NCBI GenBank assembly: GCA_010909165.1
Contig: MU008161.1
Span: forward strand, 1,674,001 to 1,738,000
DNA: 64,000 bases
Direction of reading: 5' to 3'
DNA from: Anthoceros angustus
Lineage: Eukaryota; Plantae; Anthocerotophyta
Below, one piece after another: positions 13,345 through 26,009 of the stretch. A program made the position numbers and the translations under genes. Under the pieces are notes generated by a model, which saw only the letters and a list, made by a program, of their open reading frames with translations, ran no database searches and was not told where the DNA came from. Numbering within the stretch: the first letter of the stretch is position 1; every line of letters starts with the position of its first letter.

Positions 13345-14258
13345 AGTTTCAAATTTCATCATGCGGCTGCTTATTTACCCCATATTGTCCAGACCTTCTG
13401 GGCATCCTCATCCGGGAGTACGTAAAGCAGAGCGCTCCTTTGCTTTCAAGATTCCTGGAGTGCAAAGCTAATTTCAAATCTCGATGCATGTAAGAGTCAC
13501 GTGAGGGAGTGGTGGATTTGCGATTTACTGTCCTCCACTTCGATGACAGGCACAATTATCCTGCTTGCCACGTGGGCGCCTGGCGTGCCAGCAGCTGAGT
13601 GGCAGCCCCTGCAGCCTGTAGGTTCTGCTCTCTGCAGAACAACGTTCATCAGTACATGAACGTCATAGGCAGGACCGGTGCCGTCGATTGGGTACAATCC
13701 AAGTTCAATTTTCAACCGGCCCAATTTATGTGAGTTTGTTAGGACTTGGCGGAGGCCTACTGGTAAGTTAGCGGCTTTACCGCTGCTCCTTGAGCTCCGT
13801 ACAGTATATGCATACCGTATGCCTGTTAGGCGGTACAGTACAGCGCCTGTCCGGATATAGCAGTTGGTTGTGGTTTCTCATCATGCTGAACTCGACTTGG
13901 GAAGTGAATACGAGTGAAAGCATCCATGACCCGGCTCAACGCCCCAACTGGGATAATGAGTGCCGGCAGGGATTGTACTCGTAAGCGTTCATTTGGACCC
14001 TTATATTGCAATTTCTGCAAAATGACCTGCAACTCCACCTAATAGACAGGTTTCGTGCCAACAACGGTTGGCTCGCTCCTGACGAGAGGAGTGTAGAAAT
14101 TTCATTTCGTGGAGATCAATACGGAAGAAAGAGACACAAAATGCTGTTTGCTTGCTTAAGCATTGCAAACAGATGAGCATCCCGAGCAGGAGGATGGTGG
14201 ACTGACGGGACAAGGAAGCTGGATGAGGTCGGTCACCTTCCTGTTTCAACTAGGTTCA

Positions 14259-15543
14259 TCAGCTTGCCCAGTTTTTCGAACTTGGTGTCGCTTGCAACCT
14301 GTGATACAAAACCGCGCAAGCCAAGCACAAGAAAACTGGGTCATCCACTTGCACAACCGGATGACAGCCGAAGCCAGAAGGATGAGAGGGCACCTCACGA
14401 GCCCGCACGAATACGAGCCTGACGGCGGTGAACTTGGCACCATAAAAACCAGGTCTGGGTGTCAAGCTTTTCCCACCGATCTTTACGATGAAGGACCGGA
14501 CTCCCTGAAGATTGCAAAGGAGCAAAAAGCAGAGCAGGGAAGTCGGTATCGGCCAGAAAGTTGTAAGCACATTACATCAAAGCATGAAGCTCTCCAGGGT
14601 GCGTCTGACAAGACTCACCGGTGGATAGTCACGGATGAGACGCCTAGCTTCCTTCCAGTGAGGCCCATTTGTTTTAAGCTCCCCTGAATCCCTGCCCACC
14701 CACACCCCCCATACTCAGCCCGGTGAGCATGCAATTTGAGCGCTGCTGTCTGGACGGCGCTAGAAGAGGAGAAGAGCAAAGAACAATGCCAGCATACCAT
14801 ACCATACCATACCAGGCAGCCAAGGGAGACTTGTTCTCGTCCCGCAGCAGCAACTGCACTCTGAAGACGCCGTCAGCGTCGTGCCTTCCCCCAAACCACA
14901 CGGACAGCATCAGGGGCGGGCTGGCATCAAGAAAGGTAGCAGAAAAGGCTTGCAAGCCGATGGACTGCTGCAGCTTCCCCCACTCCCTGGACGTGGCAAT
15001 GACAGGGCGGGAGGGAGCAGCAGGGCAGAGGATGGAGCCGGACGGCGGCTGCTCCCGCACCACCCCGTCCCCGCCGCCCTGCTGGAACAGGCAGCCTCCG
15101 TCCGGGGCCCAGTGGCTGAAGGACTGGAATTCCTCCAGCGCGGCTTCGTCCTCCCAGTAGATCCTGTCGAACAGCAGCCGATGCCTGGCCTCCCACCGCA
15201 TCAGCGGCTGCGCCTTCAACAAACTGGCATCCATATGGTGAATGCGCTCAAAATGCGGGCTGGCAACCAAGTTACTCAAGAACACGGCCCGGAACAGGGC
15301 CTTCCATCCCCCGACCACCCTTCTGCCCCCCTCCCCATGCAGCCCCGAGTCCTCGCACAACTGCCGCCACAAAGCCTCGTCACCCACCAGCCCCCTCCAC
15401 GCCTTGCACACCAGGGCGCACGATTTTAGGACCTCCTCGACTGGCAGCAGCGCGAATACGTTGATGGTCACCGCCTCCGGGATGCTCTCCCACCCACCAC
15501 CACTTTCGAGACGCCTGCGCTTCCGACTGCCTGGGCCTGACAT
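14259..15543 (-). CDS. F-box protein with FBA (Fbs1/FBXO2/6-type sugar-binding) domain; exons 15543-14813, 14691-14619, 14504-14259
   Basis: F-box IPEAVTINVFALLPVEEVLKSCALVCKAW; FBA-like ATSREW..Q.IGL...FLDASPP..SVWFGGRHD, HWKE...DYPPGVR...GG...GFYGAKFT; in-frame GT-AG introns. 3' end less certain. Confidence 0.8.
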
Positions 15544-17726
15544 TCCTCCCTCCTAGTACTACTGCCCTTGCTCCCCCGGCCGGCGCCTTCCCACATCAAA
15601 TCAGGAAAAGGACCAGGAGCATCCTGCTCGCCCACACTCAGCCTTGCTGTGCCTCCGACAGATCAGCATTTCATCGCCACTCGCCAGCAGCTGCCGATGC
15701 TGTGGAAGCCAGCAAGCGATGTCCTCAGACACCTCGCAGGTGACCAGTTGCGGCCAGGCCAGAAGCAGAGCAAAGGCGGAGATCCTCTGTTTGTAACCCA
15801 ATTGCAATCTACGCCCAATGAGCCCGCCATTCGATGTATACTTTGAAATATTTATAAAGTCTCCGAATTCGTTGAAAAAAAAACCCTCCCATTCTTGGGC
15901 ATTTTCCCAGGCGGCTACGCCCACAATCCTACGCTCGCTGCTAGGCTGACTAACCACAGTTATCCGAAGCAACGGCGGGACGAATCGCAATGGGACGTTT
16001 GGGCGTGAAGCTCCGGTGTGAGAAATTGGTTCGCCGCTTTTCCAAGTACAGCATGTGCGCTATTTATTGGCATCTCAGCGCTGGCTGACTCTCGGATGGC
16101 TGCTACGAGCTTTGAAATTGCTGGTTGTATGGTGTCAGGTCCTTGCATTACAGTCGGGGTTAGCTTTTGTAAATCTTTGATGTTATTTGCTGACAGATTT
16201 TGCAATTTGATGACGACATAGCTACGTAGTCTCGTTTTTCATCCACGATGTCTTTCCTTTTTTTCTTGGAGATAAAGATTTGAGAATAGTTTTTAAAGAC
16301 TATACAGCGATATTCCTGGGCTGGATATTATTTTTGTCTTGGAGGATATGTCTATTACACTAGTTTTGGTAGACAAGATACCATTGTGAGTGGTAGACAA
16401 CGATACCATTGTGAGTGTTTCGTTACTGTTTGTTTGTTATCTTCGTATTCTTGTAGGTATTCTTTTTGCCTCTGTCGCAGCGGCCAACAGTTGTTCTCCC
16501 TCTACTAGCCACGGCCTTACTTTTCTTCTCAAGTTCTCAATCGTGCTCAGCCACCTGAAACTTGCAATTCATAAGCACAGTGTCAAAACCTTAATCAGCA
16601 CTTGAGGGAAGTCCGTTGCTTTGTAAAACCTAAACCACACTCTTCACAAAACATCATAGGCCTCATGTTTAAGAATCGGTTTTCCTTTTTTAGAACTGTT
16701 CCAGACGAGCCCTCTCCTACATCAATCTTATTCATGCTTCAGAACTGTGTTACATGAAATATACTTATGTTAGCAGTAAATATATATGATACACGCATCC
16801 GTATGTTATGTCCCATAAAACCATTTCCATATTCTATTACGTTTTACACTTTCCGTTCGGTTTCCAAACTTTCCGTTTTCGTTCCTAAACTATATTCTAT
16901 TATATTATTTGCATTATTTTTATTTCCAGTGGGTGGATGTGCACATTTATTTCTAGCGCGCATGGTTTCTTGATAGTATCAAGTCCTTAGAGGAGAGGAT
17001 CCAGGAGTTGGCTCACTCAAAGTGACAAGGATCAATAATTTTGATTTGCGTGTGAGCAAAGATATAAACAGTGTGTGGGTAGAAATGGATTTCTCTAGTA
17101 AACTCTTTTTGCACAAGCCCCGATTTGAATGCCATAAAATCCATATTGAAAACAAATGTCTTTAAGAGTTTAGGTGAAATTTACACATGAATAAAGGGAT
17201 TGATTTTCAATCTTTTGCACATTCCGAGGAGACATAAAACAAGGTTATTTACATGAGTCGAAAGAAGATAAATTTTGGACCCTTTACAAAATGTATTGTT
17301 GTTCGGTTGTGTCTGTACACTGCTCTACTTTATTTTCCATCGACGGCCCTAATTGTGTTCCTTTTCTAACACCATTGGTTAATTGGATGTAGAGGGAGGT
17401 AGCAACTGGAGGTCAAAGAAGAGGAAGGGGAGCCCATCCAACATTTGATGATTCATACACGCAGGTGAGGCCTTAGCATTCAGTTCTAGACTTTGGCTTC
17501 ATTAGAATAGATGATTCACATTGGGAGGGCACTACATCTTGTCGATGTTGGTGACTGTGGACAAGGAGAGAACTATGGACTCCCCCTTAGGAAGGTAATA
17601 GGCAGATTGTTTTTAGTTTTTTTTAGTGTGTATGTGGAAAATAAGGTGTAAAAAGGGAAATAAGGTTGTGTAGGGGGAATTGCGATGGACAAGAGGACGG
17701 GAGAAGGCGACCGGATCGGACACGCA

Positions 17727-17848
17727 GAATGCTCCGGAGCAGGCCACTCCGGACTAACTCCGGAGTAGGACACTCTGGACTAACTCCGGAGCAGGACACT
17801 CCGGACTAACTCCTGAGCAGGACACTCCGGACTAAACTCCGGAGTAGG
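17727..17848 (+). repeat. Tandem ~26-bp repeat (ctccggactaactccggagcaggaca), about 4 copies
   Basis: Directly visible. Confidence 0.9.
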
Positions 17849-20800
17849 TCACGATAAGTCCGCTGGGAAAGGTAACTGCGAAAACGAGATGGAGCGTAAT
17901 AGGCAAGAGGGCCACGTGTACGGTGTTGAGAGGAGGACGGGCATGCAGGGGACCAGGACCGCAGAATTGTCTGCGGCCGTTATAGGCAGGTAACCACGAC
18001 CCAAGGACATGCGCCAAGAAGGCGGCGGCGTAAAGTTAGAGTACACGATGCAAGACTGGCTAGCCAAAGGACGCCTTCCCGACGCGACGCGCCCGACGCT
18101 CCGATGCTAAGAGAAGACCATCCTCTCGGCCGCCTTCTCAATCCGCTGTAATCGCCGGCTGACATCCCGCCTTTACGCCTTTTCGGCGCAGCGCCGAGCG
18201 ATCTTCGTCTTCGAACCGCGCACACATCTCTTCGGAACTCAGCATGAGCATCCTTGGCCATCCAACCTCAGCGGTTGATCAAACGGAGCACAAGCATGGG
18301 ACCCAAGAAGGTGGCAGAGGTCAGGGAGCCTTGGCGCCTGGTAGAGAAGAACATCGTCACGAGGCGCTACCCAGATTTCGGCCCCTGGCTGGCCGAGGCG
18401 GAGGAGCTGGTGCAGGAGTGGCACCTTGACATTTTCTAGGCAGTATGGACCTTTGACAGCGTTGCGCTGGTCCGGGAATACACCCGGAAGATGTTGGCTG
18501 CAGCCACCAAGTCTGTCCGCTCTAAGAGCTTGCGGGAGGACCCGAAGAGGTGGACTGTGGTTGTCCTTAGGGCGGTCCACAATCGCCCAGCAGAGGAGGT
18601 AGGGGGTGTAGTGCCGGAGCCCCTAAAGGTGAAAGGGAAGGTGGAAGCCGCCAAGGTGGCGCTCCTAAGGCCGAGGCAAGGGAAGTATGGGAGGATATTC
18701 CCGCTTCCCTCCTCTTGGTTCCCCACTGCAATGTACCATTCCTGTAACCACGACGGAATGGATTGGTGGCTGCCGCCCGCAGCCCCGGAACCCCGCCTCC
18801 CACTGCCGCCGAGCCCGACTGGATTAGGAGGGAAGCGAAGAAGAGGAAGCAGGCGCCCAACCCCACCACCCCAAGGACAGCTTCGATGCCCTTAACTTTG
18901 TCGACAGAATGGCAAGAGGCAGAAGAGGCCGTAAGGAGGGTGGAACGCGATGCCGCCCAAGGCCCCGGGGGTCATTGGCAGCAACCCCACCCCGAGCTGG
19001 CCCCTATTCTCACGAGGAGGGGATGGAGTCCGAATTCCCTGGCCCTTGCGCTCTTTACCTGGGCGGTGGCCTCTCATTCCTCAACTTCCTCAAGGCCTCC
19101 CTCCCGGCCGGTAGGGTCACGCCCGAGCGCTGCCTCCTCCCTTCCTTCAGAAGGTTAAGGTGTCCCCATACATGGACGATGAACGGAGACAACGCCGACG
19201 GGGGTGGCCTCTCATTCCTCAACTTCCTCAACCGATTGTCACCAAGGTGGTCTACCTTGGTGAGCATGTTCTAGTGGACGATAATTTTCGCCATTGCCCT
19301 CACTTGTCGGTCCAGCAGGTCCGATATGAGCCATCCATTGGAGGACCGCTGCTGGAGGAGACACGGCGAGTTTGGGCGGCCGTCATGGACGGCATGCTCT
19401 GGGGACTCTGCGGGACGGCAAAGAAGACCCAAGAAGTGAGGCTACCTGAAGACGAATAGTGGAGCTCCAGGGTCAGGCGGAGGCAGTACAGGCTGCTAAG
19501 AGAAAGGCGGAGTCCCTCGCTAGAGTCGAGGAGGAAAAGCGCCTGCATCACCAAACGGAGGCAAGGTCCGCCAAGAAGATAGGGAGGGTCCTCCATCCAC
19601 TGGAGGACCTTAGAGGGGCGCAAGCGCGAGCGGAGGCCCTGTGCCGAGAAGGGAGGTAGCAAGAGAAGAAGCGGAGGGAGCACGCCGGCCGGCCGAGGCG
19701 GAGGAGGCCGAGGCGGAGGCGGCGCCACGTGGGCGGCCACAGTGGAGGCTCTGGTGGGGCGAGAGGCGGAGGCCCTGCTAAGACCAACGTGACCACTACC
19801 GTCGGGATAGGAACCGGTGGAGGCGAGGCGGCGCCAAGGCCGAGGCGGAGGCGGGCGCAAGCAAGTGCGCATGGCCCATGGTGAGGAGATGGAAGCGAGC
19901 GCCAAGGAGTTGGGGGACCTCCGGCTGCAACTCCAGGAACTGGAAGGAGAGCGGCAGGAGTTGGAAGGCCAGAAGGAGATTCTGGAGCTGCGACTCGGGG
20001 TAGCGGAAGAGCGGAATGGACTCCTTCAAAGGCGGATAGGAGATCATGAGCGAGAGATAGAGCGACTCTGTGGGCTATGCACTTCCCTGGGGAGTTAGGA
20101 AATAAGTAGGGTTTCTGTTTTTTTTAGGATTGAAGGATAAATAAGGCGGAAAAGGAGGAATAAATTGGGGCGCTTGGACGAGGCTCGGAGTATACTCGGA
20201 CTCAGTGAACAACGGACCCCGGTACCACTATGGCAAGCTCGGACTACGGAGATGAGATAAGTCCGGAACCACTCCAGTCAAAATAGGATAAATCGGAGTA
20301 ACCTAGGCGGGCGTGAGGGCAGACAGGCGGCGCCACGTGGGCGGCCACAGAGTGGAGGTCGGGCATGCAGTAGGCGGCCGTAACCTTGCAGGCCGTTATA
20401 GCGGTATTCACGCCCATGGCTGCGCGGCGTAAGGAGTAAGCGGGCGTGGGTCGGTAAGCCATGCGGACCCACAGCGATTCTGGACAGGCGCCTTCATGGG
20501 TTACTTCCTGGCGGCCAAGGAGGAGGTCATTTCTGTGACCTCAGACAATCCTCACGGTCCCTTGCGCTCCATAATCCGGCTCTCTGGCGCTATCTTTTGG
20601 GCGCCCAGTCGGCAAGCGCCGTCAAGGTTGGAGCGTGACAGCGAAGGAGGAACATCGTGCCGGCGGACTCGGCCAGCAACAAGAGGAGGAGAAAGCAATG
20701 GCACCCAAAAGCCGACGGAAACCGGGAGCCATGGACCCTCGTGGGCGCAACATTGTGACCCGCGCTATCCGGACTTGACTGGTGGAGAGCGATTAGTGCG

Positions 20801-23354
20801 GGTGGCATCTGGGCGTGTTCCAAATGGTGCGGACCTTTGACAGCGTCACTCTAGTCCGGAGTTTGCGGAAGATCTTGGCGATCAACAAGGAGGTCGATCA
20901 AGAACCTCGGGAGGACCCGAGGCGATGGACCTTGGAGGTCAGGATGGCCTACAACCTTAGAAGGAGGAAGAAGGGGCGTGGTGCGCAGGCCCCTTAAGGC
21001 GAAGGGAAGATAGGGCCGGCCAGTATGTTGAGGCACAGGCGGACAACCAGCGGATGGTTGATATCCGATCTGCTGTCGAGTAAGGCGGTAGCCGGATCAT
21101 TATCCATTGGAACACCGCTCACCAAGGTGGATCACCTTGGTGATAACTGATGTATTCACATGCGCTCGGTGAAGGCGGCGGTGGGAAGGATTATCTTAGC
21201 CGGTTCGATCGAGGAAACGCATAAGCTAAGGCGAAGCCCTCGCCATCGGTGACCCATACGATTCATGTATGGGGACATTTCGAGCTCTCAAGGAGGGAGA
21301 GCTTGAGCGGGCGCCTAAGGGCCGGAGGCCCCGCCAAGTAGAGCGTGCAAGGCGCGGTGGGGTCGTCGCCGACCAAGCGGACTCGGAGGAGGGCGGAGGA
21401 TTCCGGACTCCATCGTGGGCGAACCCCTCACCACCTGTGGAAGTTTGGGAGGCGATTCCCCTTCCTCCTTTTGGTGCCCCTCGGGCGGTAGGCGGAGGAG
21501 GCGTCTGGAGGCGTTGGCGGCTCGGCACGGAGCGACCAACAACCACGGCGGCTGCGGCCCAGCGAACTCAGAGGAGGCGGAAGGCGGTGCCGCCTACCAG
21601 CGCGGCACCTCGAGGTGCGGTACCCTTACCACCTTGCAGGTGTAGAGGCGGTGGAGGCGAGAAAGGGTGGCCCAAGGAGCAGGAGGTCACCGCGCAGCCC
21701 CACCTCGAGCCGGCCCTGCCCCGATGTGAAGGGGCAAAAGAGCTTGCTCCGGACCCCTCACCTCCTCAGGGCCCGGAGAAAGAGGGCACAAAGGAGTTAG
21801 AGGCCAAGAGGGCCAAGAGGGTGAGACTCGGACCTCACCACTCGGGACTGAGGTCTGATTAGGTCAGGAGAACCCGATCGGACTTACTCGGGGCTGCGGT
21901 ATGGAGGTCCTTGGCGGACCGAAATGCGCTCCACTACGGACTTTGTGGGGGCCTCACCGGCCGTGGAAGAAACCAGCGAGTCACAGCTACCGTCATGGGC
22001 CGGAATGCTTTGGGGTCTCGTAGTGCAGTGGAGACCCGAGTGAGAGGCCACCCGAGGAGGATGGTGGAACTCAAGAGCAAGTGAAGGCGGGGGGCAAAGG
22101 AAAAGGCGGAGTCCTCGCTCGGATCGAGGAAGGAAGCGCCGGGTGGCGGCCAGGCCGGGCGGTTCAGGCCGGGCCAAGGTTCTTGTTGTCTGAGCAGTGA
22201 AACAACTCGAGAGGCCCAGGCGGAGGACCTTGCAAGAGGGAAGCGCAGCAGGCGGAAGAGGCCCGGCACAAGCAGAGAGCTCGACTGCGGAGGCGGCCCG
22301 GCCAGCGCCAAGTGGGCGAGGCCTGTAAAGGCGGCGAAGGAGTGAGCCGCGGCAAGCGGCAGGATCACTCTGATGATCGGGCCGGTGGAGAGTCGGTAGG
22401 AGAGAGGCTAACTCGAAGGCGCCAGGGTATGGAGGCGAGAGGGCGGCCTCGGGAGATAGGGGATCTCGATGCAGTGCAGGAGGTAGAAGGAGGCGGCGAG
22501 ATGGAGGCAGCAAGGACAGCTGGGCTACAACTCCAAGATCGTCGGGCGGCGGTGATTCTCAGCGAGAGAATCCACGACCTCGAGCACGAAGCAGTGCCTC
22601 GGCTCCGTCGAGGCGGAGGAAAATCGGCGACTATCGAGGTTGGGCGTTGCCGGGCTCTGAAGGAGGCGGAGGAAGTCGGAGTCGGGAGGTGTCGGCGCTT
22701 TGGAGAGGCGGAGCTAAAGGCCGGAATGAGCGGAGGCGGCGAGGCCTGTAAAGGCGGCGAAGAAAGCTGGTCCGGTGAGAAAGGCGGAGGAGCAGCGCTA
22801 TGGAATGGTGGCGATGGAAAGGAAACGACGGAGGAGCAACCGGAGGAGCAACAGGCCGCAGGAGGTGACCGAGGCCGCCTTGTAGCCTCGCGTGTCTGAC
22901 CCGGCTCCGGTGTCAAATCTGGCGGAGGTGGCCCAACAAGCCAGCGCGCCCGGCTCCGGAACACTTATGGCGGAGGGAGTATCGGGTGCTCGGGCACACG
23001 TGGAAGAGCAATTCAACAAGTCGATTCGGACTTTGCCTATTACCTGAGCTCCACGAGCGATAGAAGCCTCTCGGCGGCGCAGCAGACGGACCCTGGAGCT
23101 CGAAGGAGATGAAGGCCAGGGGCACAGGGACCCTAGTGGCCTGTTTGGAGATAACGGCGGCGGAGAGAGCAGGAGGCGAGGAGGCGGCGGATCGGCGGTA
23201 AGCACCCCGCACCTCACCATGGAAGGAGGGGCCAACGGGAGTCACCGGGCGATCGGGAACATGGGAGGACTTGAGGAGAGCCACGGAGGTCCGTGAGGAG
23301 GAAACCGGGTGGGCGTGAGTCGGACTTTGTCCGGACCCGGAGGGCCGGACCACA

Positions 23355-23440
23355 GTCCGGACCTCGGTAAGTCCGGACCAAGTCCGGACCAAGTCCGGAC
23401 TCAAGTCCGGACCAAGTCCGACTCAAGTCCGGACCACGAG
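23355..23440 (+). repeat. Tandem ~11-bp repeat (aagtccggacc/t); related array at 24135-24190
   Basis: Directly visible. Confidence 0.85.
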
Positions 23441-26009
23441 GTCGGACCCGAACAAGGTCGGACCTGGCCGGGGACCCGAAATAAGCGGACTCCACGAGGA
23501 GGAGCGGACCTCGAGGACCGGGCGGAGGCGGAAGAGGCCCGGAAGCGTAAAAGAAGCCGGTCCACCGAGAAAGGCGGAAGGGAACGCCTATGGCGGTAAG
23601 CCGCATGGAAAGGAAACGACGGAGGAGCAACCGGAGGAGCAACAGGCCGCAGGAGGTGACCGAGGCCGCCTTGTAGCCTCACGATACGCCCCGCCCACCA
23701 CAACTGCGAGAGGTGGCCCAACAAGCCGAGCAAGACCCTCCCCAACACTTATGGCGGAGGGAGTATCGGTGCCCGCACACGTGGAAGAGGCAATTCAACA
23801 AGTCGATCTGACTTTGCCTATTACCACGCCGAGCTCAAGGCGAGAAGCCTCGACGCCACTCACGGGACGGACCGGAAGGCTCAAGGAGATGAAGGCCACG
23901 GAAAGACAGGGACCCTAGTGGCCCTGCTTGAGATGACGGAGCGGAGAGGAGCAACCGGAGGAGTAACGAGGGAGCGGATGCGATCGAGGTAAGCACCCCG
24001 CACCCATGGAAGGAGGGGCCAACGGGAGTCACCAGGCGATCGGGAACATGGGAGGACTTCGAGGGAGAGCCACGGAGGAGGTCCGTGAGGAGGAAACCTG
24101 GGCGTGAGTCCGACTTTGTCCGACCAGAGGGACCAAGTCCGACTCAAGTCCGACTCAAGTCCGGACTAGATAAGTCCGACTCAAGTCCTAAACCGAGGTC
24201 CGGACAGACAAGGCCTGACCTAGCCGGCCGGACCTGAATAAGCCGACTCAAGTTCGTGGAGTCGAGACAGACCTCGAGGACCGGGCGGCGAAGAAGGAGG
24301 AGCCCCTTCGACTTACGCTTAGGGGAGCCGAGCGGTGGCCCCACCGGCGGGACCTGTGGAGGCCAGGAGGATGACGCCGTGGTAACGGCGGTTGTCGGTT
24401 GTGTAACGGCAGATTAGGGGAGAGGAGGGCCCGCCTCACGGATCATCCGATTGGGTGCACCACAAGCTGTCGGGACGAGTTGGACCACCCATTAGGGCCG
24501 GGACCTTCCAGCCCACAGTCGGCGAAGGAGATAGGGGGATATAAATGGTAGGATTAGGGTATCTGTGGCTCATTTCGAATAGGGGTGTAATAAAGACGCC
24601 ACCTTGGGCGCAGATAAGAGGTGAGGCTCTAGTAAAGCATCTTTCTCTTGGTGTTGATGCCGCGTTCTTGCGGACCTTTGTGAGTCTTCTTGCTAACGTG
24701 AGTCTGAGTCACGGCGAGCCACGGCTCGGGAGATTGATCAAGGTCCCGGTGGCCGGACTTAGCGTTGTGGTGTGTGCGGGGAAGGGTGGCGGTGATCCGT
24801 GCTCGTCCGGGCCGGTCAGGCCGAGCGGTGGGCGCGTGGAGGAGGAACTCGGGAGGTGTTAGAGCCGGACGGAGGCCGGAGCAGCGGAGGAGGTCGGGCT
24901 GCACCAGCGTCTTTTCTAAGGCGAAGAGTGTAGCGTGAGAGGAGAGAGAAAGGACCGGATCGTGAAGGATGTATGTGAGCGATCTGACGTGACGGGTCCT
25001 TAAGCGTTTAGCCATCTCACAAGACTGTCACGTTGTGAGTAGTTAGGAGTATGTGTGTGTGGGGTGAGCAGCGCTAAGGACGGTAAGAATCACACAGCAG
25101 CGATGGCAGCCTATCATTCCCTTGGGACGGACTTCTTCCTGGCGACGGGGATTGTGCGCGCCTGCCGCCAGCCAAAGTCCCAGACTCCAACTCGCTTGAG
25201 GGTAGAGGAGGGTCGCCGGGCGCGCAAGGAGCAAGACGCCGAGTTGGAAAGAGAATGGAGCGACACTAGGCGTCGAGCGGAGTTACTGGGCGGTGAGCGT
25301 GATATGGCACGAAGGAAAATGGCGGGGCAAGAGAGGGCTCGAAGGAGGAGCCCCTTCGACTTACGCTTAGGGGAGCCGATAGCGGTGGCCCCACCGCGGG
25401 ACCTGTGGAGGCCAGGAGGATGACGCCGTGGTAACGGCGGTTGTCGATCACGCCAGAGCCCAACCCGGCTGTGATTCCGGGAGAGGAGGGCCCGCACGGA
25501 TCATCCGATTGGGTGCACCACAACCGCTGACGGGGATTGACCACCCATTCCGAGGGCCTGTGACCTTCCCACCCACAAGGAGATAGGGGGATAAGGTAGG
25601 CGTCGATTAGGGTATACCGAAATCTATCACCGTAATAGGGGTAATAAAGACGCCACCTTGGGCGCAGATAAGAGGGCCGAGGTCGCCTAGTAAAGCATCT
25701 TTCTTGGTGTTGATGCCGCTGCTCTGCACCTTTGTGAGTCTTCTTGCTAACGTGAGTCCCGAGTCACCGAAAGCACGTACCCCGGGAGATTGATCAAGGT
25801 CCCGTGACGGACTTAACGCTGTGGTGTGTGCGGGGAAGGGTGACCGGTGATCCGTGTGCCCGAGCCGTCCGACACCGAACGGATCGAACGCTGTGAGCCG
25901 GAGGAACTCGGAGGGTGTGTAGAGCCCGGACGAGAGGCCCGGAACGACGGAGGAGGTCCGGATCACAGAATCCGCGCTTTTCTAAGATCAAGAGTGTAGC
26001 GTGAGAGGA

